The translations under genes and the position numbers were made by a program. The notes beneath the pieces were generated by a model. The model was not told where the DNA came from and made no database searches. It worked only from the letters and a program-made list of their open reading frames with translations. Positions 14,663 through 27,096 of a stretch of DNA of 64,000 nt are shown here, piece by piece. Each line of letters starts with the position of its first letter. Positions within the stretch are counted from its first letter, which is position 1. Origin of the DNA: the human T2T-CHM13v2.0 reference genome, Homo sapiens; assembly GCF_009914755.1 (NCBI RefSeq), contig NC_060935.1; one strand, written 5' to 3'.

Positions 14663-15869
14663 AAAAACAAACCAAACCAAACACCCCACCATGTATACCA
14701 TAAGCCAGAGAGTCAGGAAGATGATGCAGTGACACTAGAATTTATTAACTGGAACAGAAGGGGGAAAAGGTGAATTAGTGGGGTGCTCTGTAGTCTCTGA
14801 GACGTGGCCTGGGTCCCAGCTGTGGTTGGAGATCATAGGAACACTAGAGCCCCTGATAGAAATTTCAGATGATCTGGGAGCATTTCAAAATAGAATGTAA
14901 AGATTAGCACAGACCCTGCGCAAAGATAACACGCAAATTCGTGAAGCGTTCCATATTAAAAAGAAAAGGAATGTACCATTTTCTCTTTCGCTCTATGCAG
15001 TCTGGAAGACTGCAAGCCTCACAGAGAAACCCCAGGTCCAATATGGCATTTGGGTGGTAGAGTAGCAACTGCTGAGGAAATCAACAGATGGGTCAGAGGA
15101 CAGCTTTGAGTCCCTCAAGCCACAACATGACATGAGAAAAGCAGCTGAGTATTCAGAGACCTCCAAAAGAAGCCTCAGAGTTGGGATGAGGGACACAGGT
15201 GCATGGGATTTTTAACAGGAGTTCATCAGGAGATTGTCATCATAAGCAGCAAATGTGCCCTCATGGCTTCTGCTAGTTTTTTCTGCTAAGCATGTCTTCT
15301 ACTAAGTAATTTTCCATTTCTCATAACTCCAGCATATGCCCTCACTCTACTTCATGGAGTCTTTCTGTGACTCCTTTCAGAATTCGGCTCACACTGTTAA
15401 TAACCTAATCTTCTCCACAATTCCAAAGCATAACTGCAGAGTTGAGAGAATCTTATCAGATTAGCTTGTTCCTGAGCAGAGATTTAGAGATTTCACAGGC
15501 CACTGGCGAGCCTGGGCACTGGCTCCTCTCAAGCCATTTGCTCACCCATGGCCTCATTTGGTGAGGTGAGAAGCAGGACCACTTGGTTGAGACTATGTAT
15601 GTCCAGGAATGCTCTTTTTAATCCCTCAGCAAGAGATGTCTACAAGGTGGTTTCCCTGAGGAAAGGCCATGGGCATGGCAAGCATGATAGTTGACCTTGA
15701 CTTGCTTGATTACAGATTGATGCATAGAGAAATATCAAAGCAAAACTGTTCTGTAATCACTAATCTATGGTAAGAAGGGATCACAGATCTGAAAATAATA
15801 ATACTGTAGAGCGTAGAGTCATGGTGGTAGTACTTTTTCTTTTTTCTGTCATTCCTTAAGCAAATCATG

Positions 15870-16055
15870 TTAGTATTAACAGTAATAAGAGCTAACATTT
15901 GGTAAATGCCTATTATATATGAACTAACCTATTTATATAAAATTACTTAATAAATTAATTAAATGATTGATTTAATTTCCATAATAATTCTGTGAGGTAA
16001 GTACTGATATTTTTATCGCCAATCAGAAAATTGAGAGATTGAAAAATCTAGCAAC
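15870..16055 (-). mobile_element. MIR
   Basis: agctaacatttggtaaatgcctattata...tttaatttccataataattctgtgaggtaagtact. Confidence 0.55.
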
Positions 16056-16199
16056 TCACACACATAATTTTCTTGCTTATAGGAAGTAGCATTTGCACAT
16101 AATGTTTCCCTTGCAAAATATCATTGACTGTACTTCAGAACAGATTTACTTGCACCGAGTAAAGATAAAAGCGAATTTAGAGATAAGAAAAGATAAAAG

Positions 16200-16538
<339 letters not shown>

Positions 16539-17289
16539 CTAGCTGCAGTAATTTTACTAAAACAAAACTCCACTGGCTTGGCAAACACATACAGAATCCT
16601 AGAAAGCTTTAACTGAAATTTAGGCCTCTATGAGATTTTTATAATCTTGGTGTTTAAGAGGAAACAGTTCACTGGAAAACAGAAAACTGGGTTTTTCTTG
16701 GTTTTGTGACTTATGTACTGCAGAACCTTAACCAAGTCCCATAACGTTTATGACATCATAGTCACCACAACAAATAAGACCTCATCAAATGCTTTTAAAA
16801 TGAACATGGACTGTCAGGAAGGAATCTGAAGATGCTTCAGATGAGCAAATCTGAGTCCTTTTCCTAAAGACCAGAGAATAGCATTATGTATGTAATGTGA
16901 CGAGCATGCAAAAGTGGGACACAGTCCCAGTGAGTCCTCAATGAACCCACTAATGAACATAACAGAGATGTAAACAATGATAAGACAATGTGTAGTGAGC
17001 TATATTACAAGTCTTTAATAAAAATATATGAGAGCAAAACTAGTTCCCCACCTCATACCCATTGGCAAAGACACAATGATTGCCAATACGATTCACCTTG
17101 CATGCCAACTCCCATCAATTATTAGCAGCCCAGAGTCCTATGTGGAGAGATCTGTGACTCTGTCCAGGCCAAGAAGGAAAGAGTGCTAAAAGTTATTAAA
17201 AATGTCTGATGCGGATATAGGTGGGAAAGCCCAGGGACATGCGTGTAGAATAAGAACTGTTCAAATGCACAGAAACCTTTGAAGTTACC

Positions 17290-17470
17290 AGGAACTAGGT
17301 TGGAATTCTTGCTTCCTCACTTAACCATGTGACCTTGGACAGCCCAAACCTCAGCTTCTGTATGTATGTAACAAAGGATCTAGTGCCCGTATTTTGTGCT
17401 GCTATCGGTATGTCCTTATATAAAGCACCTAGCACAGTGTCTGACAGGTAGTGGTTATTCAATATATTTT
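17290..17470 (+). mobile_element. MIR
   Basis: tgtgaccttggacag...cctcagcttctg...taaagcacctagcacagtgtctgaca. Confidence 0.6.
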
Positions 17471-18816
17471 AATTTCTTTGACTGGAAATCCAACTTCTTC
17501 CATACAATATGTGGTAGGCATTTTTTTTTAAATAGTGATCATTGTAAATATAGTTTACATGGTCTAGAAATCACATATCAGTGAGGACTCTAGACTCCTC
17601 TCAGCCCTGAAAACATCTCTCAATACTTACACTAAATTTTAACATTCCATTTGCAACTTCACACCTTAGGTTTATGCATTCTCTTATTATCTTCCTCTGC
17701 TTTTCTTCCCTCTGCCTCTTGGATTTCTTATATCTGTGAATGGTACCAACATTTATCTGTGGACTCAACACATAAAACCTGGAATCAAGGATGCCTCCCA
17801 AGCCACCATTTTAACTAAAATGCCTTCTGAGTATGAAGTGGTGAAGGAAACTCTGTCACAAGGTTGCCCTACTGGAGATGTGTTCTGTTCTCTGAAGAAT
17901 CGTTATCCAGTCCCACTGCAATGAAGTCCATCATAGTAGTATGGAGTAGTCATTTTGAAGGCCTTCAAATACCCACTTTACAGTTTAGCTCCATTGTATG
18001 ACTAAACAAATGGAAACAGCCACATGTTTCTTTCCCTTTCCTTGATATGTGAGTTTCCCTAGACCTCCTGGCCTCTTTGTGCCCTTTGCTGCATACATGA
18101 ACAGAAACTGCCTCCCAGAGCAGATCTGCAAATAATTTTTCTGGCTGAGGCAACCTGAGGTCAAGAAACCATACAGCTGTCATCTCACAGTTACAGTCTA
18201 ATGGGAAGAAGCCTGAGGCACGGGTATCAGGCTCCCACACCATCAACCTCCTCACCAGCATTTCAGCTGAACAATAACCACAATTGATATAAGAACAAAG
18301 CCACTTCCCAAATATTTCTTTCTTTCTTTTTCTGCCCAGTATGCAATGCTTCCTGTTTCTCTAGTAATGAAAATGTGTTCATCTGTCAAATGGAAAGCTG
18401 CCCCACTGTCTTAGGTGCAGAGAACTTCAATCACAGCAGCTGCTGCGACCAGACCGAGAGCCAAGCTCCTCATTTGTTTTGGCTAACACTGAAGAATCAG
18501 TTTAGGCATCCCCTAGAACAAAATGGTGCACGGGAACAGAGCCAAGCTATGGAAGAGAAGCAGCAAAGTTGCAACAGATTATTTGTCTGCTAAAGCAGAA
18601 GGAGAAAGATATCAAAACCTGGATTCATTTGAGTCCAGCCTCCCTAACATATTCTCTATTTGCAACACAGATGATTTCCTCTAATATCATTCAACAGGTG
18701 CTAAACTGTAGCTTTTCTGAAGATTAATCATTGCAGCCTTGGCAACAGAGAATTAGGAAGTAACAAGGTGGCTCCCAGAATTCTTAGGCTATTTCTTCTG
18801 AGTACTCAGCACAGGG

Positions 18817-18819
<3 letters not shown>

Positions 18820-18902
<83 letters not shown>

Positions 18903-19403
18903 CTGTGTGTATATATATATACACACACCCAGTATATATGCACACATATATACACACACACATATATAATGTATATATATTATATAGCCATATAGTGTAT
19001 ACTCAGGGCAATATATATATACACTATATATATAACTTTCCATTTGACAAATGAACACATTTTCATTACTAGAGAAACAGGAAGCATTGCATACTGGGCA
19101 GAAAAAGAAAGAAAGAAATATTTGGGAAGTGGCTTTGTTGTTTCTTATATATAGGTATATGACATATATCTATATAGTGCCCTGTGCTGAGTATACACAC
19201 CCACCCACACACACCCACATACATACCACTACAACATATATAGTGATATATAAATATATAGTACATATATAGTACAATATATTATATATATTATAAATAT
19301 ATAGTACATATATGGCATATATGTATATAAATATATAGTACATATATAGTATATATGTGTATAAATATATAGTACATATATAATATATATGTGTGTATAT
19401 ATA
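18820..19403. repeat. Compound (TA)n/(TG)n/(CA)n microsatellite with embedded inverted copies of flanking DNA
   Basis: About 58 bp of pure (TA)n from 18820, then (GT)n; inverted insertions at 19036-19150 and 19171-19193; repeated aaatatatagtacatata units at ~19253-19381. Confidence 0.95.
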
Positions 19404-19419
19404 TGCTTGTTAATTATAA

Positions 19420-19625
19420 GAAAAATATTGTTACCCTCTGTGTTCACAGAGCACCTGTGCATGCCTACATCTTGGCATATATCACATTTATAGGAAGTTA
19501 TATTTGCTTTTGTGTCTCCTGCTTATGCTACAAGCTCTTTAAGATAGGTCTATCTTTAACTTACCTCTTATTTTCAGAAACTAGCTTGTGATAGACACTC
19601 AATAAACGTGGATTGAATGATTTAT
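19420..19625 (+). mobile_element. L2 3' end
   Basis: ...gatagacactcaataaacgtggattgaatga, the typical L2 tail. Confidence 0.55.
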
Positions 19626-20400
19626 TTGCTGAGTTAAACTACAAAAATGCATGAATTATCAATCTTTCCATGTCATTAGGGAGATTTGAGTAAGCATGAT
19701 CATTTTTTGGCAATTTACCAGCACTGATTATCCTTAAAGCTCCATTTAGATTTTTATTTTCACCCATTTGAGACAAGGGCCAAGGCCACACAGATGTAAA
19801 TTATTTAATTGAGTCATTAAACCAAATCCATGTTGTGGTCCAGTTGGCCCACATAAAGAAAAACGTAGAGCTTGGGAATATGATATGGCTTCACTTTTTT
19901 CCAAATTTATCTGAAAATGGCTAACTTTGAACATCCTTTGAATATTGTAGGGCTCATTAGAGAAGGGGAACAGTGAAGCCAAACTCTAGGAAGAACAAAA
20001 AGAGAATTATATAGAAATCTTAGAATACTTAAATGCCTCAAAAATTTTGAGGGTCTATCTCAAGTCTGGCCAGCTTTTATTATAGAAGATTGCTTTCATA
20101 TGGCCAGCCTGTTTGTTCTGTATGGGGATATGTCCCAAGAACTATCTAAGTTAGATACTTTTCTAGGTCAAGATAAGCCAGTACACAGTGCAAGTGGATT
20201 ATGGATGTTGCAGTATGATCTACTGCCTGAATTTCCAAGTCTTAGATGAAGGTAGTGATCTGGAGTGAATGAATGGATCATTCATTCAACACAAAAGGGT
20301 GTCCAGTAGGAACTGAGTCATTGGCCTGGGAAACTGGAATGGAGAACGGAATGGCCTGGGAATGGAGAATCCTCAGCTTTGTCTTTAGTAGTTAGATCTT

Positions 20401-20838
20401 TGTGATGGTTAATACCGAGTGGCACCTTGATTGGATTGAGCGATACGGAAGTATTAATCCTGGGTGTGTCCGCATGGGTGTTGCCAAAGGGGATTAACAT
20501 TTGAATCAGTGGGCTGGGGAAGGCAGATCCACCCTTAATCTGGTAGACACAATCTAATCAACTTCCAGTAAATATAAAGCAGGCAGAAAAATGTGAAAAT
20601 GAAAGATGGGCCTAGCCTCCCAGCCTACATCTTTCTCCAGTGCTGGATGCTTCCTGCCCTTGAACATCAGACTCCAAGTTCCTCAGTTTTGGGACTCAGA
20701 CTGGCTCTCCTTGCTCCTCAGCTTGCAGACAGCCTATTGTGGAACCTTGTGATCATGTAAGTTAATACTTAACAAATTCCCCTTCATATATATGCCTCCT
20801 GTTAGTTCTGTCCCTCTAAGAGAACCCTGACTAATACA
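20401..20838 (+). mobile_element. 5' LTR, MLT2A1-like (438 bp)
   Basis: tgtgatggttaatac...ttgattggattga...agaaccctgactaataca. Confidence 0.95.
20428..20776 (+). promoter_or_regulatory. LTR promoter motifs: double-homeobox-like CAATCYAATCA sites, TATA box, splice donor, mutated poly(A) signal
   Basis: tgattggattg 20428-20438; caatctaatca 20550-20560; tataaa 20573-20578; cat|gtaagt 20757-20762; AACAAA at 20771-20776 where the 3' LTR has AATAAA. Activity is inferred, not shown. Confidence 0.5.
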
Positions 20839-20843
20839 GATTT

Positions 20844-20861
20844 TGGTACCAGGAGTGGTTC
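20844..20861 (+). other. Primer binding site (tRNA-Leu)
   Basis: tggtaccaggagtggttc immediately after the 5' LTR, complementary to a tRNA-Leu 3' end as expected for ERV-L. Confidence 0.8.
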
Positions 20862-20929
20862 TAGAGGAACAGAATACTAAGGATAGAGTTCTTTCATTGG
20901 TTTTAGGGTTTCTGGAATTGGCTGCTTAA

Positions 20930-22662
20930 TATGATTGACCCAAAAATGCTAAGGACTCTACTTCTAATAGTATGCAGAACACTGATAGTCCTTGGCATGA
21001 ACTATGTAGAGAGTTATGTAAAATAAATGCATTTGACACTCGGGATTCACTGCTCATGAGAGGCAAGGAGTTTAGTGACTCTATGCATAATACCTTCGAC
21101 CATATGTGGAGAATCAAGGAACATAATCAACCTGGTTGGTTGCTCCTAAGTTCAGTGACAAAGTGATGAAAGAAAATGATGAACTCAGGGATTCTGTCTC
21201 CCAGTTTCAGAAGCAGATACTGAGCCTCAAATATGCTAAGATTGCCCTGAGTGAGAGTCTTATCTCCTGTAGAGAAACAGCTGAAATTGTGGAAGAAGAC
21301 ATAAGCTTTTATCATGCGAGTGGCTGACCTGCAATGAAAGGTGCATGCACAGCCTCAACAGGTGTCTACTGTTAAAGTGAGGGCATTGATTGGAAAAGAT
21401 TGGGATTCTGAAGCTTGCGAATGGGGATGTGTGGGAGGACCCTGATGAAGCTGGGGACACTGAGTTTGTAAAACCTGATGAAACTTTTTTGCCAGAAGGA
21501 ACAGCTTCCCCATCCCCAGTAATGGCAACATCCCCTCCCTTACCCATGCTACCATCAGCATTTCCACCTCTGTCTGAGGAGATAAACCCTGCGCTGCCTG
21601 AGGCAACAGTGATGGCCTCCCTTGAGGCAGTTGCCAGGCTAAATAATGTTGATTCTCCTCAGGAGCCACGCCAACACCCCTGTTTGCTTCTAGACTTATA
21701 ACTAGACTAAAGTCCCAAACAGGCCCCTGGAGGTGAGGTTGAGATTGTGACCCATGAGGAGGTACGCTACACTCAAAACGAACTGTTTGAGGTCTCTAAT
21801 TTATATAAACAGCAATCTGGAGCACAGGCACAGGAATGGATATTAAGGGTATGAAATGATATGAATATTATTCATATTCATTTCAAGGTATGAAATGAAA
21901 TGAATGGATATTAAGGTATAAGGGAAAGAACACAGAGTTGGATCAGGCTGAATTTATTGACTTGGGCCCACTAAGTAGGGACTCTGCATTTAATGTTGCA
22001 GCTTGGGGAGTTAAAAAAGGTTCTAATAGTTTGTTTGCTTGGTTAGCCGAAACAAAGATTATAAGATGGCCCACTGTGAGTGAGCTGGAAATGCCTGATC
22101 TCCCTTGGTTTAATGCAGAGGAAAGGATCCAAAGGCTTAGGGAGATTGGGATAGTGGAGTGGATTAGTCACTTTAGACCTACTCATCCCAGAGGGTTCAG
22201 AAGATATACCCTTGACCAATGCCTTGCGAAATAGATTTGTGAGGGCAGTACCTGCATCTTTGAAGAGCTCTGTAATTGCTCTTCTCTGTATGTCACATCT
22301 AAAGGTGAGAAATGCAGCCACTCAACTACAAAATTTAAATACAATGGGAATAATTGGATCCCAAGTGGCAGCACTTAACTATCAAAGTCAAGGTGGGCAT
22401 GACTACCATAATGGACAGCAGAGGCAGCAGCAATCAGAATAGTCTGACTCATGTAGAGCTCTGGCATTGGCTAATTAATCACAGTGTTCTCAGAAGTGAA
22501 ATTAATAAGAAGCCTACTACGTTCCTACTTAAATTGTACAAACAGAAAACTTCTAGGTTGAATGGAAAAAAGATTAATTTAAATTATAAAAACAGAGAAT
22601 CACAGCCCCTCAATCAATTTCCAAACTTGAGCCAGTTTACAGACCCAGAACTCCTTGAATGA
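20930..22662 (+). pseudogene. gag: HERV-L gag remnant (many stops and frameshifts)
   Basis: Fragments 'SPWHELCRELCKI', 'GDVWEDPDEAGD', 'DQAEFIDLGPLSRDS', 'ELWHWLINH'; lies between the PBS and the protease. Confidence 0.85.
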
Positions 22663-22680
22663 AGGGGAGGCCAGGTCCCC

Positions 22681-23853
22681 TTGAGGAAGGACCCTACTAC
22701 ATTACCAACAATTTATGCAGTGGATCTTTCTCCCATCCTTCCACAAGGAAACTTCCAACCTTTTACCAGGGTAATTGTGCACTGGGGAAAGGGAAATGAT
22801 CAAACATTTCAAGGACTACTGGACACTGGCTCTGAGCTGACATTGATTCCAGGGGACCCAAAACATCATTATGGTCCTCCAGTTAAAGTAGGGGCTTATG
22901 GGGGTCAGGTAATTAATGGAGTTTTAGCTCAGGTCTTACTTACAGTGGATCCCCAGACTCATCCTGTGATCATTTCCCTAGTGCCAGAATGCATAATTTG
23001 CATAGACATACTTAGCAGCTGGCAGAACCCCCACATTGGCTCCCTGACTGGCAGACTGAGGGCTACTATGGTGGGAAAGGCCAAATGGAAGCCATTGGAG
23101 CTACCTCTACCTAGAATAATTGTAAATCAAAAACAATATCGCATCCCTGGAGAGATTGAGGAGATTAGTGCCACCATCAAGGACTTGAAAGATGCAGGGG
23201 TGGTGATTCCCACATCCTCATTCAACTCCCTGATTTGGCCTGTACAGAATACAGATGGATCTTGGAGAATGACAGTGGATTATTGGAAGCTTAACCAAGC
23301 GGTGACTCCAATTGCAGCTGCTGTACTAGACATGGTTTCATTGCTTGAACAATTAACACATCTCCTGGTACCTGGTATGCAGCCATTGACTTAGCAAATG
23401 TTTTTACTCCATTCCTATCCATAAGGTCCGCCAGAAGCAATTTGCCCTCAGCAGCAAGGCCAGCAATGTATCTTTACTGTCCTACCTCAGGGGTATATCA
23501 ACTCTCCAGCTTTGTGTCATAATCTTATTCAGAGAGACCTGGGTCGCTTTTTGCTTCCACAAGATATCACACTGGTCCATTACATTGATGACGTTATGCT
23601 GATTGGATCCAGTGAGCAAGAAGTAGCAAACACACTGGACTTATTGGGGAGACATTTGCATGCCAGAGGATGGGAAATAAATCTGACTAAAATTCAGGGA
23701 TCTTCTAACTCAGTAAAATTTCTAGGAGTCCAGTGGTGTGGGGCCTGTCGAGATATTCTTTCTAAGGTAAAGGATAAGTGGTTGCATTTGGCCCCTCCTA
23801 CAACCAAGAAAGAGGCACAATGCCTAGTGGGCCTATTTGGATTTTGGAAGTAA
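22681..23853 (+). pseudogene. pol: HERV-L protease and reverse transcriptase remnant
   Basis: Aspartic protease LLDTGSE; RT N-terminal '[16 protein letters not shown]'; catalytic 'HYIDD'; 'VKFLG'; frameshift and stops between 23394 and 23512. Confidence 0.93.
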
Positions 23854-25667
23854 CATATTCCTCATTTGAGTTGTTACTCTGGCCCATTTTTTGAGTGGCC
23901 TGAAAGGCTGCCAGTTTTGAATGGGGTCTACAACAAGACAAGTTTCTGCAGCAGGTACAGGCTGCTGCGCAAGCTGCTCTGTCACTTTGGCCATATGACC
24001 AGCAGATCCATTGGTGCTTGAGGTGTCAGTGGCAGATAGGGATGCTGTTTGGAGCCTTTGACGGGCTCCCATAGGTGAATTGCAGCAGAGGCTTCTAGGA
24101 TTTTGGAGCAAGTTCCTGCCATCTTCTGCAGATTAACTACTCTCATTTTGAGAGACAGCTCTTGGCCTGTTACTGGGCTTTGGTGGAAACCGAATGCTTG
24201 ACTATGGGTCATCAAGTCACCATATGACCTGAACTGCCTATCATGAACCGGGTGCTTTCTAACCCATCTAGCCATAAAGTGGGTCATGCACAGCAGAATT
24301 CCATCATTAGATGGAAGTGGTATATATGCGATTGGGCTCAAGCAGGTACTGAAGGCACAAGTAAGTTACATGAGGAAGTGGCTCAAATGTCCATGGTCTC
24401 TACTCCTGCCACCACCCTGCCTTCTCTCCCCCAGCCTGTACTGATGGCCTCATGGGGAGTTCCCTGTGATCAGTTGACAGAGGAAAAGAAGACTAGGGCC
24501 TGGTTCACAGATGGTTCTGCATGATATGCAGGCACCACCCAAAAGTGGACAGCTGCAGCACTTCAGCCCCTTTCTAGGACATCCCTGAAGAACAGCAGTG
24601 AAGGGAAATCTTTCCAGTGGGCAGAACTTCAAGCAGTGCACCCAGTTGTGCACTTTGCATGGATGGAGAAATGGCCAGAAGTGCAATTATATACTGATTC
24701 ATGGGCTGTAGTCAATGGTTTGACTGGATGGTCTGGGACTTGGAAGAAGCATAATTGGAAAATTGGTGACCAAAAAAATTTGGGGAAAGGTTACCCAGAT
24801 GGACCTCTCTGAATGGCCAAAAACTGAAGATATTTGTATCCCATGTGAGTACTTAACCAACGGGTGACCTCAGCAGTGGAGGAGTTTAATAATCAAGTGG
24901 ATAGGATGACCCATTCTGTGGACACCACTCAGCCTCTTTCCCCAGCCACCCCTGTCATCACCCAATGGGCCCATGAACAAAGTGGCCATTATGGCAGGGA
25001 TGAAAGTTACACATGGGCTCAGAAACATGGACTTCCACTTACCAAGGCTGATCTGGCTGTGGTCACTACTGAGTGCCCAATTTGCCAGCAGAGAGACCAA
25101 CACAGAGACCTCAATATGGCACCATTCCTTGGGGTGATCAGCCAGCCACTTGGTGGTAGGTTGACTATATTGAACCTCTTCCATCATGGAAAGGGCAGAG
25201 GTTTGTCCTCACTGGAATAGACACCCCAGATATTGGTTTGTCTATCCTGCACACAATGCTTCTGCCAAGACTATCATCCATGGACTCACGTAATGCCTTA
25301 TCCACCATTACGGTATTCCACATAGTGTTGCCTCTGACCAAGGCACTCACTTTACAGGTAAAGAAGTGTGGCAGTGGGCTCATGCTCACTGAATTCACTG
25401 GTCTTACCATGTTCCCTATCATCCTGAAGCATCTGGATTGACAGAACAGTGGAATGGCCTTTTGAAGTCACAATTACAATGCCAACTAGGTGACAATACT
25501 TTGCAGGGCTGGGGCAAAGTTATCCAGAAGGCCATGTATGCTCCGAATCAGTGTCCAGTATATGGCACTGTTTCTCCCATAGCCAGGATTCGTGGGCCCA
25601 GGAATCAAAGCGGGGAAGGGAAAGTGGCACCACTCACCATCACCCCTAGTGAACCACTAGCAAAATT
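23854..25667 (+). pseudogene. pol: HERV-L RNase H and integrase remnant
   Basis: 'AWFTDGSA' (RNase H); HHCC zinc finger 'HEQSGH...CPIC'; gcctctgaccaaggcactcacttt (ASDQGTHF); 'EQWNGLLK'; multiple frameshifts. Confidence 0.9.
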
Positions 25668-26087
25668 TTGCATCCTGTGCCTGCAACATTATGTTCTGCT
25701 AGCCTAGAGGTCTTAGTTCCAGAGGGAGGAATGCTGCCACCAGGAGACACAACAATTATTCCATTAAACTGGAAGTTAAGATTGCCACCTGGACACTCTG
25801 GGCTCCTCCTACCTTTAAGTCAACAGGCTAAGAAGAAGGGAGATACAATGTTGGCTGGGGTGATTGACCTGTACTATGAAGATGAAATCAGTCTACTACT
25901 CCACAACAGAAGTAAAGAAGAGTATATGTGGAATACAGGAGATCCATTAGGGTGTCTCTTAGTATTACCATACCCTGTGATTAAAGTCAATGGGAAACTA
26001 CAACAGCACAATCCAGACAGGACTACAAATGACCCAGACCCTTCAGGAGTGAAGGTTTGGGTCACTCCACCAGGAAAAAAACCATGA
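25668..26087 (+). pseudogene. HERV-L dUTPase-like domain downstream of integrase
   Basis: 'LPPGDTTIIPLNWKLRLPPGHSGLL...AGVIDLYYEDEISLLLHN' is a degenerate trimeric dUTPase motif set; this position after IN is characteristic of ERV-L. Confidence 0.85.
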
Positions 26088-26496
26088 CCTGCTGAGGTGC
26101 TTGCTGAAGGTAAAGGGAATACAGAATGGGTAGTAGAAGAAGGTAGTAATCAATACCAGCTATAACCATGTGACCAGCTGCAGAAACAAGGACTGTAACT
26201 GTCATGAGTATTTCCTCCTTCTTTTGTTAAAAACATGTTTGTGCATGCATACACTTGTACTAAGAACATATCTTCATTTTATTTCCTTTTCCTTTATCAT
26301 GTGACATAAGATTTATTGACTTCATATCAGCATTGAAGTATTGTTAACTTTATGTAATAGTATTTAGGTTGGGGATTGGTATGTTTCTGGTTGTACAAAG
26401 GATAGTTGTATTATGTTAGGTGTAACTATGACCTCATTATTGTCTTTATTTGAAGACTATGTATGATCTCAGGAGATGTGTATGGGTTCAAGATGA

Positions 26497-26509
26497 CAAG
26501 GGGTGGACT
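26497..26509 (+). other. Polypurine tract
   Basis: caaggggtggact immediately before the 3' LTR tgtg. Confidence 0.75.
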
Positions 26510-26879
26510 TGTGATAGTTAATACTGAGTGTCAACTTGATTGGATTGAGGGATACAGAAGTATTAATCCTGGGTGTGTCTTTGTGGGTGTTGCCAAAGGA
26601 GAATAACATTTGAGTCAGTGGGCCGGGGAAGGCAGACCCACCCTTAATCTGGTGCACACAATCCAATCAGCTTCTAGCAAATATAAAGCAGGCAGCAAAA
26701 TGTGAAAAGGCAAGACAGGCCTAGCCTCCTAGCTTACATCTTTCTCCTGCTGGATGCTTCCTGAACATCAGACTCCAAATTCTTCAGTTTTGGGACATGG
26801 ACTGGCTCTCTTTGTTCCTCAGCTTTCAGATGGCCTATTGTGGGACCTTGTGATCATGTAAATTAATACTTAATAAACT

Positions 26880-26928
<49 letters not shown>

Positions 26929-27060
26929 CACACACACACTTTATATATAAATATGTTAATACTTAATAAACTCCCAATAGATATATGTTAATACTTTATA
27001 TATATATGTTAATACTTAATAAACTCCCTATATATATATCCCGATTCCCTACATATATCC

Positions 27061-27096
<36 letters not shown>

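Noticed and set aside
18375-19058. Two ORFs on opposite strands both starting 'MFICQMES'
   Set aside because: This is a by-product of the inverted duplication 18294-18397 / 19036-19139, not a pair of paralogous genes.
20839-26509. HERV-L as an intact or coding-competent retrovirus
   Set aside because: gag and pol carry numerous stops and frameshifts, the LTRs differ by ~11%, and absence of env is normal for ERV-L.
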